64,000 bases of DNA from Patescibacteria group bacterium. GTDB lineage: Bacteria; Bacillota; UBA4882; JAAYXC01. Shown piece by piece: positions 27,820 to 37,965 of this stretch. A program made the position numbers and the translations under genes. The notes beneath the pieces are model-generated. The model saw nothing but the letters and a program-made list of their open reading frames with translations. It made no database searches and had not been told where the DNA came from. Location of the stretch: the NCBI GenBank assembly GCA_050260175.1, contig JBLNBS010000070.1, positions 3,379 to 67,378 on the forward strand, written 5' to 3'. Positions within the stretch are counted from its first letter, which is position 1; each line of letters opens with the position of its first letter.

Positions 27820-28281
27820 ATGAAGATACGCGGCAAAAGAAGGGCGCATCCCCATCATTTCTTTGACCGCGAGGAAAAACGGCGGCTCGTAGCGGCCATC
27901 GCCGCCGCGGAGCGCCTGACCTCGGGCGAGATCCGGCTGCACGTGGAGTCCGACTCCGGGGGCGATCCGGTACGCCGCGCCCAGGCGGCCTTTACCGCCC
28001 TGGGCATGGACCGCACGGCGGCCCGCAACGGCGTGCTCATCTACCTGGCGGTGCGCGAGAGGAAATTCGCCATCATCGGCGACAGCGGCATCGACCAAAA
28101 GGTGCCGCCGGGATTCTGGGAGGAGACCAAGGAGATCATGGCGGATCATTTCCGCGCGGGGCGGTTCGTCGAGGGCGTGATCCACGGCATCGAGTCCGCC
28201 GGCGCGCACCTGGCCGCCTTTTTCCCGCGCGCCGCGGACGACCTGAACGAGCTCACGGACGAGATCTCCGAGAGCGGCTGA
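27820..28281 (+). CDS. Second TPM-domain protein
   Basis: FDREEKRRLVAAIAAAERLTSGEIRLHVE...GVLIYLAVRERKFAIIGDSGI is typical of the TPM domain. Confidence 0.6.
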   Translation: MKIRGKRRAHPHHFFDREEKRRLVAAIAAAERLTSGEIRLHVESDSGGDPVRRAQAAFTALGMDRTAARNGVLIYLAVRERKFAIIGDSGIDQKVPPGFWEETKEIMADHFRAGRFVEGVIHGIESAGAHLAAFFPRAADDLNELTDEISESG

Positions 28282-28499
28282 GGGAAAGCGTGCAGCCCGT
28301 TGCTCGTCGCTCGGGGAACCTTGCGGGGTTCTTCGTCTCTCCGATACAGCAGGATGCGGGAGATCTTTGACTGCCGCGGCCGGATTTCGAAAGTACCTTT
28401 GCGAGCCGCGGGTAAAGCTTTCGCCTTCGAAATTCCGCTTGCAAAGGAAGGGGGGACCGGCGACAGCCGATCCCCCTTCACTTCGGCCTGCGTGCGATC

Positions 28500-29093
28500 C
28501 TAGAACACCCACCCCAGCAGGGCCAGGAGAATGCCCAGGATCCCTAGGCACCTGGCTTTCTTCGCGTCTTTCTGAGCCTGCTCGAGATCGGCCTGCGCCC
28601 GGGCGATGGCCGTATCCTGCTGGGTGTCCTTGGCCTTGAGGCTTTGGACCTCAGCCTCCAGCGTGGTCACCCGGACCCCGAGGGCGTCCAGATCCGCGCG
28701 AAACTCCTTCTCCAGCTTTTGGATGGCCGCGTAGATGCCGTCCACCACGGCCTTGAACTGGCCGCTCGACACGCACTTGACCTCGATGGTCGCGGAGATC
28801 AGCTCCTTGACCTCGTCCTCGGTGAGCGCGCCGCACTTCTCCTCGAAATACTGCAGCAAGCGGGCGATGAACGCCACGACCTCGTAGCGGGTGGCATGGT
28901 GCTCGCCCTTGAACGTCCCGTCGGGGTAACCCTCGATCAGGCCCGCGTCATTGAGCTGCTGGTAATAGTCGTAGACCCAATGGTTCTCGGAGGGCGCATC
29001 GGACAGATCCGCCGCGAGGGCGGCCTGGCCGAAAGCCAGGCAGAGGGCGAGGATCAGGCTCAAGCCCAGGGGAAGCAAAGTGTGACGACGCAA
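28500..29093 (-). CDS. SLH-domain coiled-coil surface protein (TTG start)
   Basis: Signal peptide, SLH motif (WVYDYYQQLNDAGLIEGYPDGTFKGEHHATRYEVVAFIARL), coiled coil and a C-terminal transmembrane helix. AAGGAGGTGA precedes the TTG. Confidence 0.55.
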   Translation of the reverse strand: MRRHTLLPLGLSLILALCLAFGQAALAADLSDAPSENHWVYDYYQQLNDAGLIEGYPDGTFKGEHHATRYEVVAFIARLLQYFEEKCGALTEDEVKELISATIEVKCVSSGQFKAVVDGIYAAIQKLEKEFRADLDALGVRVTTLEAEVQSLKAKDTQQDTAIARAQADLEQAQKDAKKARCLGILGILLALLGWVF

Positions 29094-29375
29094 GATATCA
29101 CCTCCTTTCGCCGTACGATGGAGCCAAACTCGCTCAGCACGGCTCATCCATATTGGCCCGGCGGCGATCCTATGCTCGTCCTGTGCCGTCATGTGGGGGC
29201 ATGTACGCCCGTTACAACCACTTTCCGCGCGCTTTTTGCCGCGGCTCGTCCCCGGACAGCCTCTGGCGCGGTCGAGAGATGACGCGCCAAGGCCGCGAGA
29301 CCGTCCGCGGCGTTGGGAGGTGTCCCGCCGGGCGGGGGAGAATGATGAGGCAGGCAACCTTTTGGGGGTAGTCTG

Positions 29376-30206
29376 ATGGCCGCGGATCTCAGCCGCGCCG
29401 CGCTCGCCCGGGCGCGCGCCGCGCGGCGCCGACTGAAAGACGGCTCGCGGATCGCCGATGACGCCGGCGCGGCGCGCTTTATCGACGAGCGGGGATTCGC
29501 CCTGCTCATGCCCTTGGCCGGTGTGCCGTTGCCCAGCGTCTCCGAGGCGGACGGCGCGGCCCCCTGGTCCGAGGAGTTCAGGTGCACGGACCGGGCCTGG
29601 GCGTGGAAGGAGACCCTGCCCGGTCGCAAGCTGTGCGCGTATGGCAAGCTCATCCGGCACCGCGGCACTTTTATCAGCTGGCGGCTTTTCCCGGCATTTG
29701 CAGCTGTCTACGGGCCCGCGGGGGACTTGGCCGAGGAGTACGAGGCGGGAAGGCTGGGCCGCGCCGAGCGGGATTTGGCGGAGATGGTGGCGGAATACGG
29801 CCCCGTCAGCTCCCACGACCTCTGGCGCCGGGCGAGGGGCCTCTTCGGCGGCAGGCGCCACCAATTCCTCGCCGCGCTCGACCGCCTGCAGGCCGGATTC
29901 ATCCTGACCGTGGCCGGCGGCACACTGGACGGCTGGTCCCAGCATACCTGGGACCTCGTCGAGCGGCAGGCGCCCCCGGGTGTCCTGGCGCGTGTGCCCC
30001 CGACCTCCGCGGCCCGCGAGGCGATCCTGGAACAGACCTTGGAAAACTGCGTGGCCCTGCCCGAGGCCGCGTTGCGCTCGATCCTGCGCTGGTCGCCGCA
30101 GGAATTGACCGCAGCCGTCACGGCCCTGTCCGCGCGGGGCCTCTTACGGAAAATCCCGGTCGAGGACGAACGGGCGCCATGGCTGGCGTTGAACTCACCG
30201 CTTTAG
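29376..30206 (+). CDS. Hypothetical protein (winged-helix-like; possibly YcaQ/AlkZ-related)
   Basis: Coding-like ORF flanked by two downstream hairpins. The family assignment is weak. Confidence 0.3.
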   Translation: MAADLSRAALARARAARRRLKDGSRIADDAGAARFIDERGFALLMPLAGVPLPSVSEADGAAPWSEEFRCTDRAWAWKETLPGRKLCAYGKLIRHRGTFISWRLFPAFAAVYGPAGDLAEEYEAGRLGRAERDLAEMVAEYGPVSSHDLWRRARGLFGGRRHQFLAALDRLQAGFILTVAGGTLDGWSQHTWDLVERQAPPGVLARVPPTSAAREAILEQTLENCVALPEAALRSILRWSPQELTAAVTALSARGLLRKIPVEDERAPWLALNSPL

Positions 30207-30356
30207 TTCCTCTCTCCGGAAAAGAGAGGGGAAAAGGCTCTGAGGCCGTTTCACCAAAGGCCCCTCTCTTCGCAAGAGAGAGGGCATCAACCCTGACCGG
30301 GTGGGTTCAAACGGGTCTTGTCGGTTTGAGGAGAAGATTCAGTAGGAGGTTAGGCC

Positions 30357-30998
30357 ATGAAAAAAAGGCTGATTTGCGCCTTGTCTCTCCTGCTTCTCCC
30401 CTGCCTGGCGGGCTGCGGCAGGCCGGTGGAACTGTACGGCATCCGGCGCGTCGCCATCCTGGCGCTCGACAACTACACGGCCCGAAGGCAACTGGGCGCC
30501 GAGATCGGGCGTGAGCTCATGGCCCAGATCCCGGTGAGGTTGGCCGTGGAGGTCATCGACGGCGCGGCCGTCGAGGCCGGACTGCCCACAGGCGGCGCCG
30601 GGTCCTTGCTGGGCGATCCCGGCCTCGCGGCCGGGCTTGGACAGCGGTTCGGGGTCGATGCCTTTCTCTGCGTCACGGCCGTCTCCTACCGTGAATTCCG
30701 CGACCGCACCCTGGACCTCTCCCTGGCATCCGGCGAGGGCCTCGGCGCGGCCTTCGTGGTCAAGGTCGGCGTGGAGGTGGTTTTCGACCTGAGGCTCGTC
30801 CTGGCCGCGGACGGCTCCGCGCCGCTCTACCGCCAGTCCGCAGCCGTGCGAGAGGAGAGGCTGGTCTTTGACCTCACCCGGCCTTACCGTTCTTTTGCCC
30901 TCTCCATCGAACCCTGTTACCGGCGCCTGAGGGAGGAGGCCGTCCACGAGGCGGTGGCCAAACTGATCGCCATGCTCCGAAGGGAGTATGGTGTATAG
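30357..30998 (+). CDS. Lipoprotein (lipobox LAGC)
   Basis: Signal peptide MKKRLICALSLLLLPCLAGC. RBS AGGAGG. Confidence 0.45.
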   Translation: MKKRLICALSLLLLPCLAGCGRPVELYGIRRVAILALDNYTARRQLGAEIGRELMAQIPVRLAVEVIDGAAVEAGLPTGGAGSLLGDPGLAAGLGQRFGVDAFLCVTAVSYREFRDRTLDLSLASGEGLGAAFVVKVGVEVVFDLRLVLAADGSAPLYRQSAAVREERLVFDLTRPYRSFALSIEPCYRRLREEAVHEAVAKLIAMLRREYGV

Positions 30999-32490
30999 CC
31001 ATGCCATCTTTCCAACAGACTCCCGGGGGGGATCAAAAGTGGGCCTGCACCGCGTCGATCCTTACCGCCTCCTCCTCGATGAGCGCATCACGATCTACCT
31101 CAGCAAGAAACTCGAACGGACGCTGGAGGACGGCGCCCTGGCGCAGCTCAGGAACGCCCTGACCGTGCCGGGCGTGGTCGGGATCTGCGCCATGCCTGAT
31201 ATCCACACGGGTTTCGGCCTGCCGATCGGGGGCGTGATGGCCGTGGCATGCGAGGGCGGGGCGGTCTCCCCGGCCGCGGTCGGGGTCGACATCAACTGCG
31301 GTGTGCAGTTGCTCGCCACCGACATCGAGCTGGAGCGGGTGGCGCGCGAGCCGGACCGCCGCCGGCTCTTCAGCCGCTGCGTGTTCGAGGCCGTGCCGGC
31401 CGGGGAGGGCAAGCGCGGCTTCCTCCATTTCGAGGCGGAACGCGAGGGGCGCCGGCGCTACGACCGAGTCCTGGATGGGGGTGTAAAGGCCCTGGTGGAG
31501 CAGGATCTCCTCCCAAGAGTCGACCTCGAGCGCATCGAGGAGGGCGGCGCCATGACGGGCGCCGAACCGGGCGCCCTGCCGCCCGGGGCGTACGAGATCG
31601 GCCGCGTGCAACTGGGCTCGCTGGGCTCGGGCAACCACTTTATCGAGCTGCAGGCCCTGGACGAGGTCTATGACCCGGCGTTGGCCGCGGCCTGGGGGCT
31701 CGCGCCCGGCCGCCTGCACGTCATGATCCACAGCGGCAGCCGGCGCCTGGGCAATATCACCGGCATGCACTACGCCAGCCGCGTGGCGCCGGCGGTCATG
31801 GGCCGCCTTGGCCTCGCCTCGCCCCTGGGCTGCCTGCCCCTGGACACGCCGGAGGCCAGGAGCTACCTCGGTGCGATGACCGCGGCAGCCAACTGGGCCT
31901 TTGCCAACCGCGCGCTCATGGCGGACCGCCTGCGGCGGGCTTTCTCGGACGAATTGGGGAGGCCGGTGGAGTTCACGCTGATCTACGATGTGGCCCACAA
32001 TATCGCCAAGTTCGAGCGCCACGCCGCCGCCGGGCGGGAGCGGGACGTACTGGTGCACCGCAAGGGGGCTACCCGCGCCTTCCCGCCGGGTTTCCCCGGC
32101 TTGTCCGGCCTCCTCGCCGGGACCGGCCAGCCCGCGATCATCCCGGGGAGCATGGGCACGCGTTCCTGGGTGGCGAGGTCGGTGCCCGGGGCGATCGCGG
32201 AGACATTCGCCTCGGTCAACCATGGCTCGGGCCGCGTCATGAGCCGGACGGCCGCGGCGGGTGGGCGCGGGCGCAAGGGTGGTAAGGGCGGCGGCGCCGT
32301 CAGCCGGGAGGAGTTCGAGCGGGCCACGGCGGGCCTCGGCATCCTGGTCATGAGCGGCAGCCACGCGGACCTGCGCGACGAGGCCCCGCAGGTCTACAAG
32401 GACAGCGAGGAGGTGCTGCGCGTGCTCACCGGCGCGGGCCTGGCCGAGGCCGTGGCCGCGCTACGGCCGCTGGCGGTCTTGAAGGGATGA
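30988..32490 (+). CDS. rtcB: RtcB-family RNA 3'-phosphate ligase
   Basis: Motifs MPDIHTGFGLPIGGV, DINCGV and GSGNHFIE; C-terminal SGSHADLRDEAPQVYKD. Confidence 0.85.
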   Translation: MVYSHAIFPTDSRGGSKVGLHRVDPYRLLLDERITIYLSKKLERTLEDGALAQLRNALTVPGVVGICAMPDIHTGFGLPIGGVMAVACEGGAVSPAAVGVDINCGVQLLATDIELERVAREPDRRRLFSRCVFEAVPAGEGKRGFLHFEAEREGRRRYDRVLDGGVKALVEQDLLPRVDLERIEEGGAMTGAEPGALPPGAYEIGRVQLGSLGSGNHFIELQALDEVYDPALAAAWGLAPGRLHVMIHSGSRRLGNITGMHYASRVAPAVMGRLGLASPLGCLPLDTPEARSYLGAMTAAANWAFANRALMADRLRRAFSDELGRPVEFTLIYDVAHNIAKFERHAAAGRERDVLVHRKGATRAFPPGFPGLSGLLAGTGQPAIIPGSMGTRSWVARSVPGAIAETFASVNHGSGRVMSRTAAAGGRGRKGGKGGGAVSREEFERATAGLGILVMSGSHADLRDEAPQVYKDSEEVLRVLTGAGLAEAVAALRPLAVLKG

Positions 32491-32608
32491 ACGAAAAGGC
32501 GGCAGGGTGAACTACCGCCACAGAAAACCAGCAGGCCATTCCTGGCCGGTATACGGTCCAATCCAAGGGCCTTCAGGCCCTTGACGGGTTTTGTGTGGCG
32601 GCAGGCTA

Positions 32609-33097
32609 TTAGCCTGCCGGCGGCTTGATCGCGGCCACGCGCCCGCCGGCGATCCGGACGAGGTCGGCGGGGGGCAGTTTGAAGACGGCGCGGGGGGTGC
32701 CCGCGGCTGACCAGACCTCGGGGTGGGCCAGGAGATCGCAATCGACGAGCACGTCCATGGGCCCGGCGAGCCCGACGGGAGGGACGCCGCCGATGGCAAA
32801 GCCGGTCCTCTCCCGCACGAACTCCGCGTCGGCCTTGGAGACCGGCTCGGCGACGAGATCCGCCAGCCTCTTTTCATCCACCCTGTTCGTGCCGCTCACC
32901 AGGACGAGGATGGGGCGCCCGCTCCGCTCGCCCCTAAAGACGATCGACTTGACGATCTGTCCAAGTTCGCAGTCCACCGCCTGCGCGGCCTCGAGCGCCG
33001 TGCGCGTGCTCACCGGCAGCTCGACGACGCGGCAGGAAAGCCCTTGTGCAGCCAGCGCGTCCTGGACCCTTTGCGCGGCGGGGCTCAAAGGCGCCAT
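32609..33097 (-). CDS. YbaK/ProX-type aminoacyl-tRNA deacylase domain protein
   Basis: IVKSIVFRGERSGRPILVLVSGTNRVDEKRL...GFAIGGVPPVG is typical of YbaK. Confidence 0.7.
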   Translation of the reverse strand: MAPLSPAAQRVQDALAAQGLSCRVVELPVSTRTALEAAQAVDCELGQIVKSIVFRGERSGRPILVLVSGTNRVDEKRLADLVAEPVSKADAEFVRERTGFAIGGVPPVGLAGPMDVLVDCDLLAHPEVWSAAGTPRAVFKLPPADLVRIAGGRVAAIKPPAG

Positions 33098-33152
33098 GCA
33101 TCTTCGACCTCCGTTATGCTATAAATCACAGTCTGGAAATGACGCTGTAGTG

Positions 33153-34712
33153 CTAGATATTCACATACAGCTCGTACGTGTAGGTCAGCGTCTTCTTGCC
33201 CTTGGCGGGCAGGTCCACCTGCCAGTCGATGCGCGAACGGGGGTTGACGTTCCAGAGGTACTCCGTGGTCTTGGTCACCGCGCCGCCGCCGCCGTCCCTG
33301 ACCGCGCCCCAGAGGTTCTTCCTGATCTCCACGCGGGCCGGTTCCTTCTTGAAGTTCTCCAGGGTGAGCGTGCCGCGCACCGTGATCTGGAGGTAATCGT
33401 CGTTCTTGAAGAGCCGCACCGTCTTGCGCTCGATCTCCTCCTCCGCGGCCCTGCCCCGGAGATCGGTCGCCACGGTCACGCGCAGGTCGTGGCTGCCGCC
33501 AACCGAGACGTATTTCATGAGGTCCTGGGCCACGGGCTGCCAAGCCGAGACGATCATGGCCGGCGCGGTGGTCCAGGGGACGTTCGTCCTGTTCGTCAGG
33601 CGGAAGTAATGCCAGACCTCGCCCGCCTGCTCCCCCCGGAGGGCCCCCTGGTTCTGGAACTGGCTCTGGTTGTAACGGCCCGTATCGGGCAGGGGGACGT
33701 CCCACTTGTAGAGCGACTCGCAGGGAATGAGGCTGCGGAAGAGCTCGAGCTGCATCCTCTGGCCCTTGCCCAGGGTGAAGGCCTTCTTTTCGTAGACGAA
33801 AAGGTCCTCCACATCCCCCACGGGCACGGCGCCGCCCGCGGCATCGCCGTCGTAAGCCGCCTCCGCCGCCGCATAGCCCTTGGCCATGACCTGCGAACGC
33901 AGGGCATTGTCCAGCCTGGGCGCGGCCGCCAGGACGCCGGTCTCGACATCGAGCGCCATGGGGCTCAGGGTGCCTCGCATCATAAAGTTCGGCACGCCCA
34001 CGATGAGGTGGAGCGTCGCGCCCTGCACGTCCTCGGCGTTGTTGACCACGGTGGCCGCCAGCACCAGTTCCGCCTGGCCGCCCGGGCGCAGATTCAGCCG
34101 GTAGGTGGGGAACCAGGCCCAGGACTCCTCGAGGTACGAGAGGCCCAACCTGGCGCGGCGGGCGTTGCCCAAAAGCTTGATCCTGAAACGTGCCTGGCGT
34201 CCCTGCTCCGTGCCGGCCAGGGCGGGCGCGCCGACAAAGGTCAGCCGCGTGACGGCGGCGATGGGGATGAGGACGGTGTCGGCGCCCGTCTCCACGAGCA
34301 GGTGGCCCGGGGAGAGCACAGCGCGCAGCACGCCCTCGACGGCGCCCTTGTCGTACTCCAGCTCGACCCGGCGGCCGATCTGCCGCCGGTAAAAGGCATC
34401 GAGGTCCGTGATGGGCGCCTCACGCTCAAACTCGTCGTAAAAGGCCACGACCTCGCCGACCTTGACCCCCTCGGTCAGGGAATAGACATCGAGGGTGCCC
34501 AGGACGGGGCGCGGCACCCGCTCGGTGAGGATGCCGCCGGGAGCGATGCTGGTCTCGCCCTCGCGGATGATGTAGGCGCAACCGGCCTTGAAGATGGCCA
34601 CGTCGGTGGCGGGGGGCCAGAAATAGGCGGGGGGCGGGGAATCAGCGGCCGCCGCGGCCGCGGCGCCGATGAGCAGGAGAATGACGGCAAGACGGGTGAT
34701 GAGGCGGAGCAT
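33153..34712 (-). CDS. Secreted DUF4139/DUF4140-like protein
   Basis: Signal peptide and a ~500-aa two-domain beta-rich protein. The family assignment is tentative. Confidence 0.4.
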   Translation of the reverse strand: MLRLITRLAVILLLIGAAAAAAADSPPPAYFWPPATDVAIFKAGCAYIIREGETSIAPGGILTERVPRPVLGTLDVYSLTEGVKVGEVVAFYDEFEREAPITDLDAFYRRQIGRRVELEYDKGAVEGVLRAVLSPGHLLVETGADTVLIPIAAVTRLTFVGAPALAGTEQGRQARFRIKLLGNARRARLGLSYLEESWAWFPTYRLNLRPGGQAELVLAATVVNNAEDVQGATLHLIVGVPNFMMRGTLSPMALDVETGVLAAAPRLDNALRSQVMAKGYAAAEAAYDGDAAGGAVPVGDVEDLFVYEKKAFTLGKGQRMQLELFRSLIPCESLYKWDVPLPDTGRYNQSQFQNQGALRGEQAGEVWHYFRLTNRTNVPWTTAPAMIVSAWQPVAQDLMKYVSVGGSHDLRVTVATDLRGRAAEEEIERKTVRLFKNDDYLQITVRGTLTLENFKKEPARVEIRKNLWGAVRDGGGGAVTKTTEYLWNVNPRSRIDWQVDLPAKGKKTLTYTYELYVNI

Positions 34713-35019
34713 GTCGCTTCCTCTCCTTTCATGATTGCCTACCGCATCACTTAGACGCTCGTCCCTGGAGTTGGTTCCCTTGGGAATACCAGTTTTATGA
34801 AAAGCGCATCACGATCCGGCGGGACGGCGCGCGATCTCGAGCCTCCATCCCGCCTCCTCGGCCCGGTCTTGCCAGATCGCATCAAAGATTACCTCGTAAT
34901 CCGCCAATCCAATCTGTTCCTTGAGATGAGTGGCGCGTTGATAGAGGCGCCAGTGCAGCGGATCCGTCAACTCGAGGCGCGTTTACCAAGCCCTCGCCGC
35001 CAAGGGTTTCCCTCAGCCT

Positions 35020-36594
35020 TTACAGCAGCTTCTTTAACGTATCCACGGGCGCGTAATCGTCCGTGAGGAGCAGGGCGCTCCGCAGGGCCTCCTCGCCCGC
35101 GGCCGCCCGGTCTTCCACCAGCATCTCGGCGAATGCCGGCACGGCCTCGGTGATCTCACCCGTGTTATGGAGCCTCTTGGCCTCGGCGATCCAGTCCATG
35201 GCGCTCCAGCGCCTTACCTGCTGCGTGCCCACGAGGATGATGTTCTGCACGGCCCGCCAGTCGGCCATGCCGGAATAGCCGATGGGAAAGAGGTAGATCT
35301 GGGGGAAGGCCGTGCCGTAGGTCCGCGCCATGGCGCGCACGAGCAGGCTGTCCGGCCCGATCACCGAACCGATCAGGTTGGCCGCCACCACCCCGTCCGG
35401 CGCGAGGATCGCCCGAAGCGAGCGGCAGAATTCCAGGGTGGTGAGGTGGTAGGGCACGGTGTCCGCGTTGTAGGCGTCCACCAGGACCAGATCGTAGGGT
35501 TCCGCGCGGCCGGCCGCGATCTCGCGGGCCAGACGATCCACGTAAAGACGGCCGTCCTGCACGTTGATACGCAGGCGGGAATCGTCCACGGGCAGCCGGA
35601 AATAACGCCTGGCGACGGAGACGACTGCCGGATCGATCTCCACCACGTCCACGCGCGCCAGGGAGGGGTAGTCATGCAGAAAGCGCGTGACGGCCGAGCC
35701 GCCCCCCAGGCCGATGAGGAGCATGCGGCGGGGCCGGGGCCGGGCCACGACCCCGAGGTGGAGGTAGGATGTGTACTCGAAGTTCGCGCGCAGGGGATCA
35801 TCCAGGTACATGCCGCTCTGCCAGGAATTGTCGAAGTGGAGGTGGCGCTCGTTGCCCACTTCATCCACGACGATGTGATGGTAGAGCGAGTCGGCGGTGT
35901 AAAGGGTCCTGGCTCCCCAGGTCCCGTGTGGGCCGTACGCGGGAGGCGCGAACCGCCAACCCAGGGCCAGCAGGATGATGGCCCCGAGCGTGGCGCCTGC
36001 CAGCGGCAGCCGGCCGCGGCCGCGTTCCCTGCCGAGCGCGATGAAGGCCAACAGGGCCAGGATCAAGAGAACCAGGCCCAGGGCATGCACGATATTGCGC
36101 ACGCCCATCACGGGGATGAGAAAGAAGGACGTCACCAGGGTGCCGAGGATGCTCCCGCCGCTGGAGATGGCCGCCATGCGGCCCGCCGTGTTGCCGATCG
36201 TGGCCATGCTGCGGCCGGCCAGCTTGATGCCGAAAGGCGAGATCGTGGCCATGAACAGGCTGGGCAGAAAGAAGAATGCCGTCGCGGCCAAAAGCGTCCC
36301 GAGGCGCGGCTCCAGCCCGTCCAGGAGACGATTGGCGGGAGCGGTCCACAGGGGCAGGATCCCCGTGAGCAGACCGGCGGCGGCCAGGATGGCCGCCATG
36401 GCTCCGGGCCTTGGGAAACGGTCGGCGATCTTGCCGCCGAGGTAGTACCCCAGGGTAAGAGCGGCCATGACCACCGTGATGAGCGAACCCCAGACGTAGA
36501 TCGAGGTGCCGAAGGTCGGCGCCAGGAGCCTGCTGCCGATCATCTCCAACGACATCAGGACCGCGCCGCTCATGAAGACCAGGATATAAAGCAT
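35020..36594 (-). CDS. Fused membrane-domain/spermidine-synthase-like polyamine aminopropyltransferase
   Basis: Seven or eight N-terminal transmembrane helices followed by a SpeE-like domain (LLIGLGGGS...VDVVEIDPAVV...VDAYN). Confidence 0.7.
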   Translation of the reverse strand: MLYILVFMSGAVLMSLEMIGSRLLAPTFGTSIYVWGSLITVVMAALTLGYYLGGKIADRFPRPGAMAAILAAAGLLTGILPLWTAPANRLLDGLEPRLGTLLAATAFFFLPSLFMATISPFGIKLAGRSMATIGNTAGRMAAISSGGSILGTLVTSFFLIPVMGVRNIVHALGLVLLILALLAFIALGRERGRGRLPLAGATLGAIILLALGWRFAPPAYGPHGTWGARTLYTADSLYHHIVVDEVGNERHLHFDNSWQSGMYLDDPLRANFEYTSYLHLGVVARPRPRRMLLIGLGGGSAVTRFLHDYPSLARVDVVEIDPAVVSVARRYFRLPVDDSRLRINVQDGRLYVDRLAREIAAGRAEPYDLVLVDAYNADTVPYHLTTLEFCRSLRAILAPDGVVAANLIGSVIGPDSLLVRAMARTYGTAFPQIYLFPIGYSGMADWRAVQNIILVGTQQVRRWSAMDWIAEAKRLHNTGEITEAVPAFAEMLVEDRAAAGEEALRSALLLTDDYAPVDTLKKLL

Positions 36595-36815
36595 GTCATC
36601 ACTCCATTCATGCTGTTGCACATGGCATGATTACGAAAGATCGGCTCTTTCTCCGCCGGCGCCGGATCAGGCTATTCCACGAACAGAAACGGTTTGGGCT
36701 GGTCCGGCTCAACCGGCAACCGCTTCAGACGCAGACTGCCGGTGATCTCCTGCAATGAACGAACGATCTCTTCCGCCGCCTTCATGCCGCGCCACATCGC
36801 CACGAGCAGAAGGAT

Positions 36816-37122
36816 GTCATATTCGAAATCGGACCCCTTCCGATTTCGAATTACCTTACTGCGCCTTTGCTCGCCATGAATCACGGCGGCAAAGGCGTAA
36901 CAGGCCCGATATGCGACTTTCATATTCGAAATCGGACCCCTTCCGATTTCGAATTACCTTACTGCGCCTTTGCTCGCCATGAATTACGGCGGCAAAGGCG
37001 TAACAAACCCGATATGCGACTTTCATATTCGAAATCGGACCCCTTCCGATTTCGAATTACCTTACTGCGCCTTTGCTCGCCATGAATCACGGCGGCAAAG
37101 GCGTAACAGGCCCGATATGCGG
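36816..37122. repeat. Tandem repeat: three copies of a ~104-bp unit with two strong internal stem-loops
   Basis: Unit starts at 36816, 36920 and 37023. Copies differ at three positions only. Each unit holds a 12-bp perfect palindrome TTCGAAATCGGA-CCCCT-TCCGATTTCGAA and a second long hairpin CGCCTTTGC...GCAAAGGCG. Confidence 0.85.
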
Positions 37123-37131
37123 CCCCGGGTT

Positions 37132-37965
37132 CTACGCAAAGGCAAGGCCCAGTTCCCCCGCGACCTGCCGGAGATGGGCAGCGGCGGCCGCGTAGTCCCC
37201 GGCCGTGCCGAGGTGCTCGATGATCAAGGGCATATCGGGTTCGAGCGACGCCAGACAGGTGAGATAGGCGCGGTAGTCCAGGCCCCCCAGGCCGGGACGG
37301 ACCTCGTCGAGATGGACCGTGAGCCTGCCGGAAAGGCTGATGTCCTTGGCGTGGCAGCTCTTGATCCATGGTCCCAGCTTGGCGAAGCATTCCCTGATCA
37401 CGGCGGCGTTGTCGAAATACCGCGCCGGGCTGTTGATGATGTTCACGGGGTCCAGGTGCACGGCGAATCGCGGACGCCCGACGGCCTCGATCAGTTCCAG
37501 GTACGAATCGGCCGAGTCCGGAAAGATCCACGGCATGGGCTCCAGGGTGTAAAAGGTGCGGCTGGGCTTGACCGCGTCGATGATCGACCGCACGGTCTCG
37601 ACGATGAGATCGAACGTGTCGCGGGCCAGGTTCGCGGGATGCGGCCCGTCCCACTGGCTGCCGCGCGAGCCGGCGATATTGACGCAGCAGCGCGCGCCGA
37701 TCCGGTCGGCCAGGGCAAGCCGCTCCCGGCAGAGCTCAAGGGCCTCGCGGCGCGTCTTCTCCTCCGGGCTCAGGGGATTGCTCCAGGCCCCCACCTCGGC
37801 GATGACGATGCCGGCCTTCGCGGCTGCCCTGGCGAACGCCGCCGCGAGATCGTCACCCTCACCGCCCGCCAGGGGGCAGATGCCGGCGGTGTATCCCAGG
37901 GCGCGCAGGGAGGCGATCCAAGCCTCCGGGTCCCTGGTCTCCGCGACTGGCCCGCCCAAGCGCAT
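37132..37965 (-). CDS. Sugar phosphate isomerase/epimerase (xylose-isomerase-like TIM barrel)
   Basis: Family-typical pattern with conserved acidic and histidine residues (EHLG, HLDP). Confidence 0.7.
   Translation of the reverse strand: MRLGGPVAETRDPEAWIASLRALGYTAGICPLAGGEGDDLAAAFARAAAKAGIVIAEVGAWSNPLSPEEKTRREALELCRERLALADRIGARCCVNIAGSRGSQWDGPHPANLARDTFDLIVETVRSIIDAVKPSRTFYTLEPMPWIFPDSADSYLELIEAVGRPRFAVHLDPVNIINSPARYFDNAAVIRECFAKLGPWIKSCHAKDISLSGRLTVHLDEVRPGLGGLDYRAYLTCLASLEPDMPLIIEHLGTAGDYAAAAAHLRQVAGELGLAFA

Noticed and set aside
32625-34754. 709-aa plus-strand ORF spanning antisense of the ybaK-like and DUF4139-like genes
   Set aside because: It has no domains. The minus-strand products have signal peptides and recognisable folds.
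35167-36630. 487-aa plus-strand ORF antisense to the spermidine-synthase-like gene
   Set aside because: Low-complexity Gly/Arg/Asp-rich translation. Antisense artefact.
36694-37085. Three overlapping 61-75-aa ORFs ending ...DMRLSYSKSDPFRFRITLLRLCSP
   Set aside because: They are generated by reading through the 104-bp tandem repeat and share their sequence only because of the DNA repeat. They are not credible genes.
36816-37122. Possibility that the tandem repeat is a CRISPR array or integron attC array
   Set aside because: Whole 104-bp units are repeated with no unique spacers, and there are no cas genes or cassette ORFs. The RYYYAAC/GTTRRRY attC cores are not convincingly present.
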